DNA of 64,000 bases from Pseudomonadota bacterium (GCA_039799905.1 JBDLRP010000039.1:32001-96000), one strand, 5' to 3'; numbered from the stretch's first letter, positions 34,739 through 46,059 are shown. Notes: generated by a model from the sequence alone, not told the origin. Translations and numbers: made by a program.

Positions 34739-37195
34739 TTAATCGCAGATCCCGCCCACGGAATCGCCGATGGGATTCGGATCATTCAATTCCGGTGGTT
34801 CGGTAAGAATGACGCCGTTGATCTCCTCTAACAAACGAGCAGAAAGGACGAACGCAGGCAGACCCATAAGACTCAGCAGTGCCCCGCTATCCGAGTGACT
34901 TGCGACCTGAAATGATTCGCCCCTACTGCCTTCGAATTTCATGACAACCCGGCTGCTCAGGTAATCGACAAGCTTATCATCGACACTCTTTTCATTCGGA
35001 CTACTTGGCTCCTTGTTGATCGATTCGAGCGCACCGTCGTTGACGTGGACGCCATAAACCGTATCGGTGGGCAAATATACTTTATTTCCATTCGGGTCAG
35101 TCCCGACGTCAGCAACTCCCAGATTCGGACCGATGCCAGTCGCGTTGCATCCGCTTGGCTCATAATCGTTCAAGTTCCGCACGCCGATCGGTACGATGAT
35201 CAACTTTGACGACGAAGGATTGGAAGGGTCGTTCAGCTTGATTGGCAACACGGTAGACCATTGTTTAAATAAATTGTCTTTCAACCGCACATTTCCAAAT
35301 ATCGGAAATAATCTTGGACCGAACGTCTCGGCCGCGCATGAATCTTTCAAAAACCTTTGCAGAACTCGAGCAGCGCCCTGCACAATGGGAGATGTGTTTC
35401 GCCCCGGATTTTTGTGATACATCGCAATATCAAGGAACAACGTATAGGACATGGCGAGGACCTTCAAATTCGCTCTGAATGCGCTGTCCGTTGGCGCAAT
35501 GTAGAGCGGATAGCTGGAATCAATTCCGCCATTGTTGATGAGGGCAGCAATCAAAACATTCAACCGTTTACCGAGAAAATCGAGCGGCGCCTTTGAAGAT
35601 TGGCGGTTGAGTGCAATATCCTCAAGGCGAGCAGTGTCGGGCGGGCCGAAATCAGCCATACAATCCTGGCTGACAGACCCGCCAAATATTGGTATCGACG
35701 GCACCCCCGAACCTGTCAGGCTGCAGAACGCAGAGTTTAGAGAATTTATAACCTTATCTGCACCCGTGAGCACTTGTGCCAACTCAGCCAGAGTCTTGGT
35801 CGTTGCCTCCGGAGTGCTAAAATCCAGCTTTGTGACATCGGTCTTGGGGCTCACAAAATACATGGAAAAAGAAGACAAGTCTGGCTTTGAACTACCAAGC
35901 TCTTCGGCGAACGACCGCATTCGGCGCGCGTGAAGCAGACCATCATAGAGCGAATTTACGAACTTGTTCACTGTGATTTGTTTACGGATCGGCTCCGGAA
36001 AATTGGCTGCGAAAATGTTATCAACGTCAGTATTATTTCCTTTTTTCGACTCTTCCGCAATGAAGTCAAACGCGGCTTTGCGCGCCGCACTGCGACGCTC
36101 TGATTTGTCGTTCGCTTCACCACGAATTCTGAATGGAATGTCGTGAGCCAGATCAACTGTGCCTTTGAACGTCGAAATATCAGTCATTGCATAGCAATCA
36201 AAAATACTCGCAGGTTTGCCATCAGAAAATTTTGGTATGAAATCTGTGCCTTTTTTTGCAAGGCAATAATCTTCGAATGTTTTTCGATATAAGTCGTTCG
36301 TGCGTCCATCCATCGAACGGAGTAATAGAATCTTTTCCCGCAGTTTTGCGTCACCGGCCGCACCTTCGCCACCTCCGACAGCCAACACCTTTTTTCTCCA
36401 AACGCCTCCATCAGAATCGAGCTTGACAGGTATATAAAAACCTCTTTTAGCATTGAATAATGGCTTGGATTTCTCTTGCGGTAAGAAAACCTGCAGAGTC
36501 ACACCGTCGTGGTAGGATGGCTGATAGCAGTGTTCAGCGGTCATCACGCGCACGCGTGGTTTGGGTGTGCCGTTCATGACGTCGTCGTAATCCATTAAAA
36601 AATGCGCTGTACAAACTTTTGTCAAACGTTTGGGCGCACGCTCACGTTTAAGAGCCTCAATAAATCGCGTTTTGACGGTTGGGTTTTGTTCGTTTTTTAT
36701 TGTTCTTTGATCCCTCGAATTGAGGCATCGGCCAATCCAAGTGTCAGGCGACGATTCGAACGCGTTGCTCGCAAGACAGTAGGGAATCTGCAAAACCTCC
36801 ACAGCCCCGTTCGGATTGCCTGCGACATTGTCAACAACTCCGAGTTTGGTAAAACCGTCTTTAAGCGGGCCAGTAATAAATTCAGGCATTTTTGTTTCAT
36901 AGCCATCAAATGTGACGTAGATGTAACCACCAGCACGAACATTTTGAAGAGGTGTTGCCGCACCCTTGCCTACTTCGATTGCAGAATTATTGTCGACCGT
37001 CAGATTCAGCGCATCACCCGCAAGTTTCTGCTGGCCTGAGTTCTGGCACGGCTTGTTCTGCGATTCAGCTGACTTTCCTGCTCGATCGCCCTTTAGATAT
37101 CTGCCCGAAGTAGAAACACCACCGCTGCAAGCGGCCAGCATCACTACCCAAAACAACGACTGACCGATGTATATCGAAGAGCGTCGTGCCGCCAT
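34739..37195 (-). CDS. 818-aa lipoprotein with dispersed trypsin-like protease motifs
   Basis: Lipobox LAA-C; VCTAHF...VMTAEHCY (His222), TDISTF (Asp339) and HSDSGALLSLMG...VLS (Ser770). Confidence 0.6.
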   Translation of the reverse strand: MAARRSSIYIGQSLFWVVMLAACSGGVSTSGRYLKGDRAGKSAESQNKPCQNSGQQKLAGDALNLTVDNNSAIEVGKGAATPLQNVRAGGYIYVTFDGYETKMPEFITGPLKDGFTKLGVVDNVAGNPNGAVEVLQIPYCLASNAFESSPDTWIGRCLNSRDQRTIKNEQNPTVKTRFIEALKRERAPKRLTKVCTAHFLMDYDDVMNGTPKPRVRVMTAEHCYQPSYHDGVTLQVFLPQEKSKPLFNAKRGFYIPVKLDSDGGVWRKKVLAVGGGEGAAGDAKLREKILLLRSMDGRTNDLYRKTFEDYCLAKKGTDFIPKFSDGKPASIFDCYAMTDISTFKGTVDLAHDIPFRIRGEANDKSERRSAARKAAFDFIAEESKKGNNTDVDNIFAANFPEPIRKQITVNKFVNSLYDGLLHARRMRSFAEELGSSKPDLSSFSMYFVSPKTDVTKLDFSTPEATTKTLAELAQVLTGADKVINSLNSAFCSLTGSGVPSIPIFGGSVSQDCMADFGPPDTARLEDIALNRQSSKAPLDFLGKRLNVLIAALINNGGIDSSYPLYIAPTDSAFRANLKVLAMSYTLFLDIAMYHKNPGRNTSPIVQGAARVLQRFLKDSCAAETFGPRLFPIFGNVRLKDNLFKQWSTVLPIKLNDPSNPSSSKLIIVPIGVRNLNDYEPSGCNATGIGPNLGVADVGTDPNGNKVYLPTDTVYGVHVNDGALESINKEPSSPNEKSVDDKLVDYLSSRVVMKFEGSRGESFQVASHSDSGALLSLMGLPAFVLSARLLEEINGVILTEPPELNDPNPIGDSVGGICD

Positions 37196-37323
37196 GTCCG
37201 GTGCCCCCGCCGAAATCTCTAGGGCGTATCGGAACTATCGTTCGACAAATAAGGTTTTTCCCGTAATCCACTAAGAACGGTAGACAATCTCTCAATTTAA
37301 GTTTTTTATTGAGCACTAAACTT

Positions 37324-38853
37324 TCAGTTGCGCAAAGCAACTTGAACGCGGAAATCGAGTACGACCTTGCCTTTGGCTGGGACAGAGAGCTGCCACTCGG
37401 CGTTGTCCTTGCTGATTTTTTTATGATCGTGGGTCGAAGAAACGATTTTCCACTCACCGGGAATTACTTCGCGATAAATCACCTGCTGTGCGACTGACTT
37501 TGCATTTTTGAACGTGACTCGCACGCCGGTCTCGCTGTTGCGGACGAATTTTTTGCTTCCGCCGGACGAAGGAAGATTTCTGAAGGACGTGCGCTTGCGG
37601 CGGGTTGTCACATCAAACGATCGGCCCAGCCTTACTCGCACGCGTTCGCCTTCGGGAGTGTGGCGGATATTGTCTTCGCCGATGAACTGCGACATTCCAT
37701 TTTTATCGCTCTTGTAGACGCGCAGAATTCCCGCCGGCAGTGGCATACCGATTTTCGCATCCTTGTCATTTTCAAACGCAAGAAAAACACCGCCCGCAAC
37801 AACAGCTCCGAGCTCGGCATCATCAGCTGATGATCCTGAATCCGTTTCGCCAAGATTGAATTCGTCTTCCGGCGAATAATAGTTTTGATGACCGGACGTA
37901 AAGATCAGTTCCTTGCGTGTTTGTACTTTGCTTGCCTGCAGGAGCGTCACCTGCTTGGTCTGATTCGACAAGATGCTTGTCGCGCGCGGCAGCGTGTAAA
38001 GGTGATATTCAAAAAATGCATCACCCGAAACAGAAGAGGAGTCTGCGCTGACACTCGCTGCCTCAGGAGACGCAAACATGCGTGCCTTTGACATCGTGCG
38101 ATACGACTCGCGCTCAACTGTCTGAATCTCGCCACCCATCAGCTGCAGCTGTGCGTTGCGAAAACTCGTTCCCGACTGGTTGGTGAGTGTGACGAGTCCG
38201 TTGAGATTCATTTGCGTTTCGTCTTCGTTGAGTTCTGCATTGTAATCGGCCCGCCACGAGATTCCCTCGGTTTGGTAGCTGAGCTCGAGGTCCTGTTCGC
38301 CACGCTTTTTGCTGTCAATCAACAAGCTCAGCGCGGGCTCGGCGCGCAAACTTGCAGGTAAATCGGGAAAAGAAATGCGCCCCGGGATTCCTGTTTCGAC
38401 GCGATCTTTCATTTTGAGAACGACGCCATTTTGCACCGCCAACACTTCGGCGGGTTCGGCGGTTTCACTGCCGTTGGTCGGGTGCACGCGAATAATTGAA
38501 ACTGTTCGGCCAAGGAATTTTTCGAGAAGTTGCTGCGGAGATATGAGATCAAATTCAAGATTCTGCTCGAGAACGGTCAGCTCCCCACCACTACTCAGGC
38601 TTTTAAACTGAGCCGTCTCGGCTTTCATCTTGCTGCTGACGTCCTGCACTTCCAGCTGAAAGCGCCCCTTGTCGAAGGCAACCTTGCGCCGATCGCGCAC
38701 AAGCGCTCTGCCATTGGAGTAAACCGTCAATGAAACCTTTGTCTGTTCCGAGATTCTGCTACGCAAAACCTTTGCCTCCTGCGACTGAGCCATGGCGGAT
38801 GTTGCGACAATTCCAATGGCCGAGGCAGTGAGCAGAACAGACAATTGATTCAT
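37324..38853 (-). CDS. DUF4139 domain secreted protein
   Basis: LTVYSNGRALVRDRR, LSYQTEGISWRADY, EYHLYTL, GMPLPAG..RVY and FIGEDNIRHTP. Confidence 0.88.
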   Translation of the reverse strand: MNQLSVLLTASAIGIVATSAMAQSQEAKVLRSRISEQTKVSLTVYSNGRALVRDRRKVAFDKGRFQLEVQDVSSKMKAETAQFKSLSSGGELTVLEQNLEFDLISPQQLLEKFLGRTVSIIRVHPTNGSETAEPAEVLAVQNGVVLKMKDRVETGIPGRISFPDLPASLRAEPALSLLIDSKKRGEQDLELSYQTEGISWRADYNAELNEDETQMNLNGLVTLTNQSGTSFRNAQLQLMGGEIQTVERESYRTMSKARMFASPEAASVSADSSSVSGDAFFEYHLYTLPRATSILSNQTKQVTLLQASKVQTRKELIFTSGHQNYYSPEDEFNLGETDSGSSADDAELGAVVAGGVFLAFENDKDAKIGMPLPAGILRVYKSDKNGMSQFIGEDNIRHTPEGERVRVRLGRSFDVTTRRKRTSFRNLPSSGGSKKFVRNSETGVRVTFKNAKSVAQQVIYREVIPGEWKIVSSTHDHKKISKDNAEWQLSVPAKGKVVLDFRVQVALRN

Positions 38854-40787
38854 CCAATGATCTCCAGACGTCGTTTGACGAGCAGGTACGGGTACTCAGA
38901 GAAGTAGGATTTTACTTTACCGAAAATTTGGTCCGCGTCACCTTGTGCGAGCTGTCCGGACTGTACGCGTGCCTTGAGCTGCTGCCCATAGCCGCTGAGA
39001 ATTCCCTCGTCGGTGTAATTCATCACGCGCAGAAGCTCGCCGACGTCTTCGCCTTTGACTTCTTCCACGTGTTCCAGCTGACCGTCGGCATCCACACTGA
39101 CAATCAGTTCGTTCACTGCACCGAACAGGTTGTGGTTGTTGCCAAGTGCCTCCTGGTAGGCACCGACCAGAAAGAATCCAATGTAATAAGGAGTGTCAGA
39201 ATGCGGAACATGCAATTCCAGCGACGGCTTCACGTCGCGCTTGTCGACGAATTTGTCGAGGCAGCCGTCGGAGTCGCAGGTGATGTCCATGATGACGCCG
39301 GTCTTGCTGGTGCGCTCGTTCAGGCGCGCCAACGGCATGACTGGAAAGAGCTGTTCAATACTCCACGAATCGGGAATCGACTGGAAGATTGAAAAATTCG
39401 CGAGGTATTTGCTGGTGCGGCTTTTGGCAAGCTCCTCGAACTCCTCGAGCTGGACTCCCGAAAGCGCATGATAGTGCAATGCTTTGTTGGCGATCTCGTT
39501 GACGATGACTTCGGCCTTGGCACGTTCCTCGATGCCGAGATAGCCGAGCCCGAACAGTGTGAACAGCTCGTCGCGGTACTCGATGGAGTCATGATAGAAC
39601 TCAACGTAGTTTTTGCTGTTCATCTGCAGATACACGTTCATCATATCGCGCAGAAGCTTATGGTCGGTCGTTTCAATGGCAACTTCTTGTATGTCGCCGC
39701 CCATTTTTTCAACTTCGCGAACGTCCGTCACAAGAACCGCATGATAGGCTGCAACTGCGCGGCCGCTTTCACTGACAATTGTCGGCGGAGGACAGTTTTC
39801 CGACTGACAGACCTCCTGAACGAGATACACGACGTCATTGGCAAACTCTTGAAGTGTGTAATTGGCGCTGGCGTAAAAGCTCGTCTTCGAGCCATCGTAG
39901 TCGACGCCGATTCCACCGCCGATGTTCAGATAGCGAAGGTTGAACCCGTTCTTGTAAATTTTTGAAAACACACGGCTCGCCTCCTTCATCGCGTTCTTCA
40001 CGCGCTTGATCTCGGTGATCTGCGAACCGATATGATAATGGACCATGGCGAGCGACTTTTTCAGTCCGGCCTCTTCGATGAGCCACAACGCCTCCATCAT
40101 TTCAACAGAGCTCAAGCCGAACTTGCTTTCTGTTCCAGATGATTTTTCCCACAGCCCTGAGCCTTTGGAGTAAAGCTTTGCCCGCAGGCCGATATCCACG
40201 CAGTATCCGACCTGCTTGGCGTATTCGATGATGAATTTGAGTTCGTCGGTTCCCTCGATGACGAGGATGACGTTCTTGCCCATGCGCTTCGCTTCAAAGG
40301 CAAGCTCGATATAGTGCGAGTCCTTGAAGCCGTTGCACACGACCAGCGCATCGGGGTGAAGTTCATAACTGAGGGCAGCGAAAAGCTCCGCTTTGGTTCC
40401 CACTTCCAAACCATAAGCGTGTTTTCGGCCACTCTTGACGAGGGCGTCGATAAATTCTTTGCGCTGATTCACTTTGAAAGGAAAAACGCAGCGCAAATCG
40501 CCGGCGTATTTGAATTCTTCCATGGCATTGCGGAACGCGGTGTGAAGGCGGGTCAGCTGGGTGTCGAGAATCTGCGGAAAGCGCAAAATCAAGGGAGTCT
40601 GGATGCGGCGCTCGTAGGCGTGTTCAAGTATTCTCGTCAGGTCGACAGCAACCTCTTCGTTTCCGAACGGATGCACCTGCACAGTTCCACGGCTCGAAAC
40701 ACCAAAGTAGCCTGAACTCCACCCATCAATTCCATATCTTTGAAGGGCATCTTGAATGTTTTGAGTCGCCATTGTCTTCTCCCCCAT
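38850..40787 (-). CDS. speA: Biosynthetic arginine decarboxylase
   Basis: YGIDGWSSGYF, FPFKVNQ, HYHIGSQI, IGGGIGVDYDG, SESGRA, NFSIFQSIPDSW, DITCDSDG and GAYQE.LG..HNLFG. Confidence 0.97.
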   Translation of the reverse strand: MGEKTMATQNIQDALQRYGIDGWSSGYFGVSSRGTVQVHPFGNEEVAVDLTRILEHAYERRIQTPLILRFPQILDTQLTRLHTAFRNAMEEFKYAGDLRCVFPFKVNQRKEFIDALVKSGRKHAYGLEVGTKAELFAALSYELHPDALVVCNGFKDSHYIELAFEAKRMGKNVILVIEGTDELKFIIEYAKQVGYCVDIGLRAKLYSKGSGLWEKSSGTESKFGLSSVEMMEALWLIEEAGLKKSLAMVHYHIGSQITEIKRVKNAMKEASRVFSKIYKNGFNLRYLNIGGGIGVDYDGSKTSFYASANYTLQEFANDVVYLVQEVCQSENCPPPTIVSESGRAVAAYHAVLVTDVREVEKMGGDIQEVAIETTDHKLLRDMMNVYLQMNSKNYVEFYHDSIEYRDELFTLFGLGYLGIEERAKAEVIVNEIANKALHYHALSGVQLEEFEELAKSRTSKYLANFSIFQSIPDSWSIEQLFPVMPLARLNERTSKTGVIMDITCDSDGCLDKFVDKRDVKPSLELHVPHSDTPYYIGFFLVGAYQEALGNNHNLFGAVNELIVSVDADGQLEHVEEVKGEDVGELLRVMNYTDEGILSGYGQQLKARVQSGQLAQGDADQIFGKVKSYFSEYPYLLVKRRLEIIG

Positions 40788-40948
40788 ATGTCAGGGCATA
40801 TTTCACATCGTTCGGATGAACGCGCGTCTTATCCCAAGCACCCGCGCTGTCAAGGAAATTCGCCGTCAAGGCGGACACGGAAAGGGCAAATTTGAAACGC
40901 TGCCGGACGAGCCCGTGCGTTAGGGTTGTGGCAGGGAGGTACAGAACC

Positions 40949-41440
40949 ATGCCGATTTTGCGCAACCAACGCTATGACGAATTCGAGCATTCAACTCCCA
41001 GAGACTCCTTCAGGGGAATGCCACTCCAACGATTTCCGTGGCTTCTCGAGGAAAAAAGCAGCTCGACGCTTTCCGGCCGACTGCAGTGGAAGGTGAGCGT
41101 TTATTGTCTCAACGCCAGCCCGAGCGGATTCGGCAGCAAACTCAACATGGAGCTGCGAGCAACGGCTGTTCTCAAGGCTGATTCTGCCCACAGTCATGCG
41201 TTCCCCGATTCCAGCAGTGAGCGGGTTGGCATGCTTTTCGGTGACGCCAGTCTGTCCATCGAGGACGAGCTCGACAAAACGGTCGAGGGTCGACTTGAAG
41301 ACCTTGCCGTCTTTGCCTCTGCGTTGCTCAAGGAAATGCTGGCCCACCTCAACAAGGAGTGGCCCGGCGAAAGAATTCAAGCGAATCTGCGAGAGAACCT
41401 GCGCAGGTCATCGCCCGGCGGATTTGCATCGACACGCTAG
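40949..41440 (+). CDS. Hypothetical protein
   Basis: ATG after GGAGGT; fills the gap and converges on the HD-GYP gene. Confidence 0.6.
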   Translation: MPILRNQRYDEFEHSTPRDSFRGMPLQRFPWLLEEKSSSTLSGRLQWKVSVYCLNASPSGFGSKLNMELRATAVLKADSAHSHAFPDSSSERVGMLFGDASLSIEDELDKTVEGRLEDLAVFASALLKEMLAHLNKEWPGERIQANLRENLRRSSPGGFASTR

Positions 41441-41442
41441 TT

Positions 41443-42759
41443 TCAAGCCCCTTTTCGGGCTGGCGGAGCCGATTGCGTCTCGGCTGCTTCCTTTTCCCGT
41501 AACGACTCAGACAACGACTTCGAGCCATCGAGCTGGATGATCTTGCCCTTGGCTTCTTTTTCGTAGTTGAGGGTGTTCTGCGGCGCCGGCATGTTCTGGA
41601 ATTTTTTCACGCTCTCCACGACCATTCCGACAAACGGTTTGAAGACAACCGGGTCGTAATCGTCGTTGTTCTCAATCATGATTTTGAGTGCCTGCCCCGG
41701 CTCGAAAGCTTCCTTGTAGACGCGTTTCATCAGCAAAGCACTATAGACGTCTGCAATCATACAGATCCGGCTATAAAGATGGATGCCTTTATCTGCGTCT
41801 GATTCCAAACGCCCCTTGCGGCCCTCGGGATATCCGCGGCCGTTGAACTTTTCATGATGTTCATAAGCAACACGCAAAACCATGTCATCAATGGGAGCAC
41901 CGGTCGATTTTGATTTGGTCAGTTCATCGCGCCCGTATACCGTATGCTTCTTTATTTCATCAAATTCTTCGGGGGTGAGTTTGCCCGGCTTGTTGAGCAC
42001 CTCAGAGGGAACACACGTCTTGCCGGCATCATGAAAAAGCCCGCACTCTGCGACCAGCATCACTTCCTTTTCGCTCATCGGTTTGTCGACCATCTGGTTG
42101 CAGATGATGCTGCAGAGCATCGCCACCGAGGCGCTGTGGTCATAGAGGGTCGGATCGCAGGTGATCATTTTACTCAGCGTGTAGAGGGCTGCCTGTGAGT
42201 CGATGACAGACGAGACCAGCAGCGAGGCACTTGCACGCACACGCGCTACGACTTCCTCATCGATACCGCCGTTGACGACAAGCTGACTGGATGCGCTTAA
42301 GTTGTTGTACAAATCGACAGTTTTTTTATCCATGTGCGGCACATATGCGACCAGTCGGGCGAGCTTTTTCGAACGCACCTGGTTGATGACAGCCTCAAAC
42401 TTCGGCTTGTCCTGTTTCCACAGGCAAACACGGAACGAGCCCTTTGGTTTGAGGCATGCAGCCCAAATCTCGTCCAACAGTTCACGAGAAAACTCTTTGG
42501 GTTTGATGAACTCGACCAGCCAGTCTTCCACCGTGACAAACAGCGAGAAATCTATTTTTTGAACGTCATAAAGAAAGTGGAAATGTTCCAGACTGACAGG
42601 TGAAAGTTTTTGCGACAGGCCGTCATTCAATGGGACGACGACGCAGCGCTTGCGTGTCTCTTCACGGATCGGCGGAGCCTTTGCATTCATCAGTGCACAA
42701 CTCCCGTTCAACTGCTTTCTCTGCGGGAAGATCGGCAAGTCGCCCACCGACCTGAGCAC
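41443..42759 (-). CDS. HD-GYP domain cyclic dinucleotide phosphodiesterase
   Basis: YDHSASVA, LFHDAGK, LNKPGKLT, HHEKFNGRGYPEG and ADVYSAL..KRVYK. Confidence 0.93.
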   Translation of the reverse strand: MLRSVGDLPIFPQRKQLNGSCALMNAKAPPIREETRKRCVVVPLNDGLSQKLSPVSLEHFHFLYDVQKIDFSLFVTVEDWLVEFIKPKEFSRELLDEIWAACLKPKGSFRVCLWKQDKPKFEAVINQVRSKKLARLVAYVPHMDKKTVDLYNNLSASSQLVVNGGIDEEVVARVRASASLLVSSVIDSQAALYTLSKMITCDPTLYDHSASVAMLCSIICNQMVDKPMSEKEVMLVAECGLFHDAGKTCVPSEVLNKPGKLTPEEFDEIKKHTVYGRDELTKSKSTGAPIDDMVLRVAYEHHEKFNGRGYPEGRKGRLESDADKGIHLYSRICMIADVYSALLMKRVYKEAFEPGQALKIMIENNDDYDPVVFKPFVGMVVESVKKFQNMPAPQNTLNYEKEAKGKIIQLDGSKSLSESLREKEAAETQSAPPARKGA

Positions 42760-42783
42760 TTTTATTTTAAGACTCTGTATATA

Positions 42784-45273
42784 CTAAACAATTTTAACAC
42801 AAAGCGGAGCTCCGCCGCCCCCCGAGCCGATGCTCAGGCGTGTTCCATTGACCCGCCCTGATTCCTTGTTTCGTCCGACCCTGATGATATCCTGAGCGAT
42901 TTTGTTCTCGAGTTCCTGTTCCATGAGCCTGCGCAGCGGACGGGCACCGTAGAGAGGATCGAACCCATTTTCTGCCAACCAACTTTTTGCCTCGGGGCTG
43001 ATGCTCACTTCCAGCCCCTGTCGACGCAGACGCTCGGCGAGATCCGACAAATGCAAATCGAGGATCTGTTCGACGGAATGTCTGTCCAGCTTGCGGAAGA
43101 CAATAGTTTCATCGAGCCGGTTGAGAAACTCGGGCTTGAAGTTTTTGCGCAACTCTTCCTTCACCAGCCGTGCGACTTCATCATCTGAGAGTTCGCGAGT
43201 GTCGGAGCTGAGCCCCATAGCGCGCTTGTTGGATACGATGTGCTCGCTGCCTATGTTGCTTGTGAACACGATGAGCGTGTTTTCGAAATTGACGATTTGT
43301 CCTTCGGCGTCGGTGAGTCGTCCGTCATCGAGCAATTGCAAAAACAAGTTGAACGTGTCCGGATGAGCCTTTTCGATTTCATCGAAAAGCAACACGCTGT
43401 AGGGTTGCCGCTTCACTTTTTCAGTCAATTGCCCACCCTCGCCGTAGCCTACGTATCCGGGCGGTGAACCAATCAATTTGGCTGTTTCATGTCGTTCCAT
43501 GAATTCACTCATGTCAAAGCGAATCAAGCGGCCCTCATCATTTAACACATATTCGGCGAGCGCCTTGGCGAGCTCAGTTTTACCAACACCCGTCGGACCC
43601 AGAAACAAAAAGGAGCCAATGGGTGCGCGTCTTTCGCGTAAGCCGACACGGTTTCTGCGCAGTGCATTGGCGACAGCCTCAACAGCGTGCGGCTGGCCTA
43701 TGACTCGTTTGCCGAGCTCGGATTCTATGTGCGCCAGTTTGGCCAAATCCTCGGCCTGCAGACGACCAGCCGGAATTCCCGTGGATTTCGAAATCAATGC
43801 AGCAATATCATCGGCACTGACAATTTTGTCCTCAGGTTTGATTGTCGCGTCCCAGGTTCTGCGCAGCTCGCTGATTTTGTTCTCCAGCCTGACTATGTCC
43901 ATCTGGATCTCCGCCACGCGGGGAAAGTCCTGACGGTTGAAAACCTCGGTGCGCTCCTCCTGCCTGAGGGCTTTTTCCTGTTCGAGCTTTTGAATTTCCG
44001 GAGGCAGGCTCACAACTGAAATACGCTTCAACGCACCAGCCTCGTCGATCAGGTCGATGGCTTTGTCGGGAAGACTGCGGCCGGACACATACTTGTGGGA
44101 AAGCTCAACTGCCGCATCAAGAGCCTCGGGAGCATAGCGGATGTGGTGATGACGCTCGTAGCGCGCGGCAATCGATGCGAGCATCTTCTTGGCATCGGCC
44201 AATGATGGTTCCTCGACCTTCACCGACTGAAAGCGGCGCTCCAGTGCTGGATCGGATTCAATGTACTGCTTGTACTCGCGAAACGTGGTCGCTCCGATGC
44301 ACTGCAGCTGTCCGCTTGCCAGCGAAGTCTTGAGAATATTGCTGGCATCGAGCGCTCCCGACGTGCGTCCTGCACCGACCACCGTGTGCAGTTCATCGAT
44401 GAAAAGAATCACCTCACCTTCAAGTGAAATAATTTCTTCCTTGATTTGTTTGAGACGTTCCTCAAATTCTCCATGCATTTTTGCGCCGGCGACGAGCTCT
44501 CCCATTTCCAGCGACAACACGCGTTTACCCAGCAGGTGTTCGGGCACATCTTGAGTCACGATGCGCTGGACCAAGCCCTCGACAATGACCGTCTTGCCGA
44601 CACCAGGCTCACCGATCAGAACGGGGTTGTTCTTTTTGCGACGTGAAAGAATTTGAATGACACGGTCGATTTCCGTATCCCGCGCAGCCACCGGATCCAA
44701 CTCGCCCCGCCGCGCCATTGCGGTGAGGTCGCGAGTGTACTGTGCAAGCACGCTCTGCCTTGATTCATCGTCGCGGCTGGCGACCACGTGATTTCCACGC
44801 ACACTCAAAAGCGCTCTGCGGGCATCGTCGTAAGTGAGGCCGACCTGCTGCAAAAGCTCGCGCATAGAAGGCAGACGAGAATCAAAGAAGGCAAGAAAGA
44901 GCGCACCGGTCGAAATGAACGCATCGGTGAAATTTTTGCGCTCCGTATCTGCACGCTCAAATAAATGGTTAACTTCCTGAGTCCCGTAGAGATTGAGCGA
45001 GTCGCCCTTGCCCTGTGGTGCCGGTTCACTGCGTCTTTGAATTTTATTGATTCGCTCATAGAGGCCGTTGACCAAAGCTGTCTTGACTTTGACGTCATCA
45101 AGTCGCAGCTCTTGAGCCACTTTCATCACAACCGAATCTTTTTGCTCGACGAGTGCAAAAAGAATGAATTCGGGGGTCAGCAAGCGCGACTGGGAATTGA
45201 CCGCCTCAGTGATGGCGGCCTGAAACACTTCATTTACTTTGTGAGTCGAGCTTTTGAGAAACTGCTGTGCCAT
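42784..45273 (-). CDS. clpC: ATP-dependent Clp protease ATPase subunit, ClpC-like
   Basis: Clp N-domain, GEPGVGKT and GPTGVGKT Walker A motifs, short UVR-type middle coil, MGL ClpP-docking-like loop and GARPLRR. Confidence 0.85.
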   Translation of the reverse strand: MAQQFLKSSTHKVNEVFQAAITEAVNSQSRLLTPEFILFALVEQKDSVVMKVAQELRLDDVKVKTALVNGLYERINKIQRRSEPAPQGKGDSLNLYGTQEVNHLFERADTERKNFTDAFISTGALFLAFFDSRLPSMRELLQQVGLTYDDARRALLSVRGNHVVASRDDESRQSVLAQYTRDLTAMARRGELDPVAARDTEIDRVIQILSRRKKNNPVLIGEPGVGKTVIVEGLVQRIVTQDVPEHLLGKRVLSLEMGELVAGAKMHGEFEERLKQIKEEIISLEGEVILFIDELHTVVGAGRTSGALDASNILKTSLASGQLQCIGATTFREYKQYIESDPALERRFQSVKVEEPSLADAKKMLASIAARYERHHHIRYAPEALDAAVELSHKYVSGRSLPDKAIDLIDEAGALKRISVVSLPPEIQKLEQEKALRQEERTEVFNRQDFPRVAEIQMDIVRLENKISELRRTWDATIKPEDKIVSADDIAALISKSTGIPAGRLQAEDLAKLAHIESELGKRVIGQPHAVEAVANALRRNRVGLRERRAPIGSFLFLGPTGVGKTELAKALAEYVLNDEGRLIRFDMSEFMERHETAKLIGSPPGYVGYGEGGQLTEKVKRQPYSVLLFDEIEKAHPDTFNLFLQLLDDGRLTDAEGQIVNFENTLIVFTSNIGSEHIVSNKRAMGLSSDTRELSDDEVARLVKEELRKNFKPEFLNRLDETIVFRKLDRHSVEQILDLHLSDLAERLRRQGLEVSISPEAKSWLAENGFDPLYGARPLRRLMEQELENKIAQDIIRVGRNKESGRVNGTRLSIGSGGGGAPLCVKIV

Positions 45274-45339
45274 GAATCCTCCCGCAAGACCGAACCACCA
45301 CGCGGCGGCCCGCTCAATGTGAGTCGGATCCGCGGGCTG

Positions 45340-46011
45340 TCAAGGGGAGGACAATTGCTGGACGTTTGCAGCAGGTTGCGCCGCGCGGCGGAGAGCAATC
45401 TCCTGCAGCAGCATGTCGATGAGCATCAGGGCGATACCAACGTTGATGGCGACATCCGCCCAGTTGAAGACCGGAAATGAATATTCCCAGCCAAAAATTC
45501 TCCAGTGGAAGTGCAGCCAGTCAATCACGTACTTCAGAAGAAGCCGGTCGATGAAATTCCCGAAGGCGCCCGCAAGAACAAGAACGAGCGCGGTGCGGGC
45601 CATGCGCTGCCCAGGGTGGGCACTCTTGAAGAGGTAGATGATCATGCCTGACACAAAAACAGTCACTGCATAAAAAAGCCACAGACGAATCTTTTCGGGG
45701 GCATTGGCAAACGACCCCCACGCTGCTCCCGGATTACGCACATAAGTCAGGTGAAAATCGACCCAATTAGGGGTGATCCGCGACCGCTCCATAGCCATCT
45801 CGGTTGCTTTTGAAGGTGAAACTCCAAGCGTCCCGACGCGCACGGAATCGCCGCGATAGCTGCGTAAATCACTTTCATGCGACCAGACCATCAGCCGCTG
45901 CTGCGCATGTAATTTAGTTGTCTGATCGAATCCGACAGTGGCAAGAAACAATAGAACGTAGCCAATCATCAGCGTTCGGCTTGTGACCATATTGGCAATT
46001 TTGGTTACCAT
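45340..46011 (-). CDS. lspA: Lipoprotein signal peptidase II
   Basis: DQTTK, NPGAAWG, GAFGNFIDR, VIDWL and PVFNWADVAI; RBS AAGGA before ATG 46011. Confidence 0.95.
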   Translation of the reverse strand: MVTKIANMVTSRTLMIGYVLLFLATVGFDQTTKLHAQQRLMVWSHESDLRSYRGDSVRVGTLGVSPSKATEMAMERSRITPNWVDFHLTYVRNPGAAWGSFANAPEKIRLWLFYAVTVFVSGMIIYLFKSAHPGQRMARTALVLVLAGAFGNFIDRLLLKYVIDWLHFHWRIFGWEYSFPVFNWADVAINVGIALMLIDMLLQEIALRRAAQPAANVQQLSSP

Positions 46012-46059
46012 TCGTATTCCTTTTGACTGTATGCTGTATTGGACGTGGAGTATGAAAGC

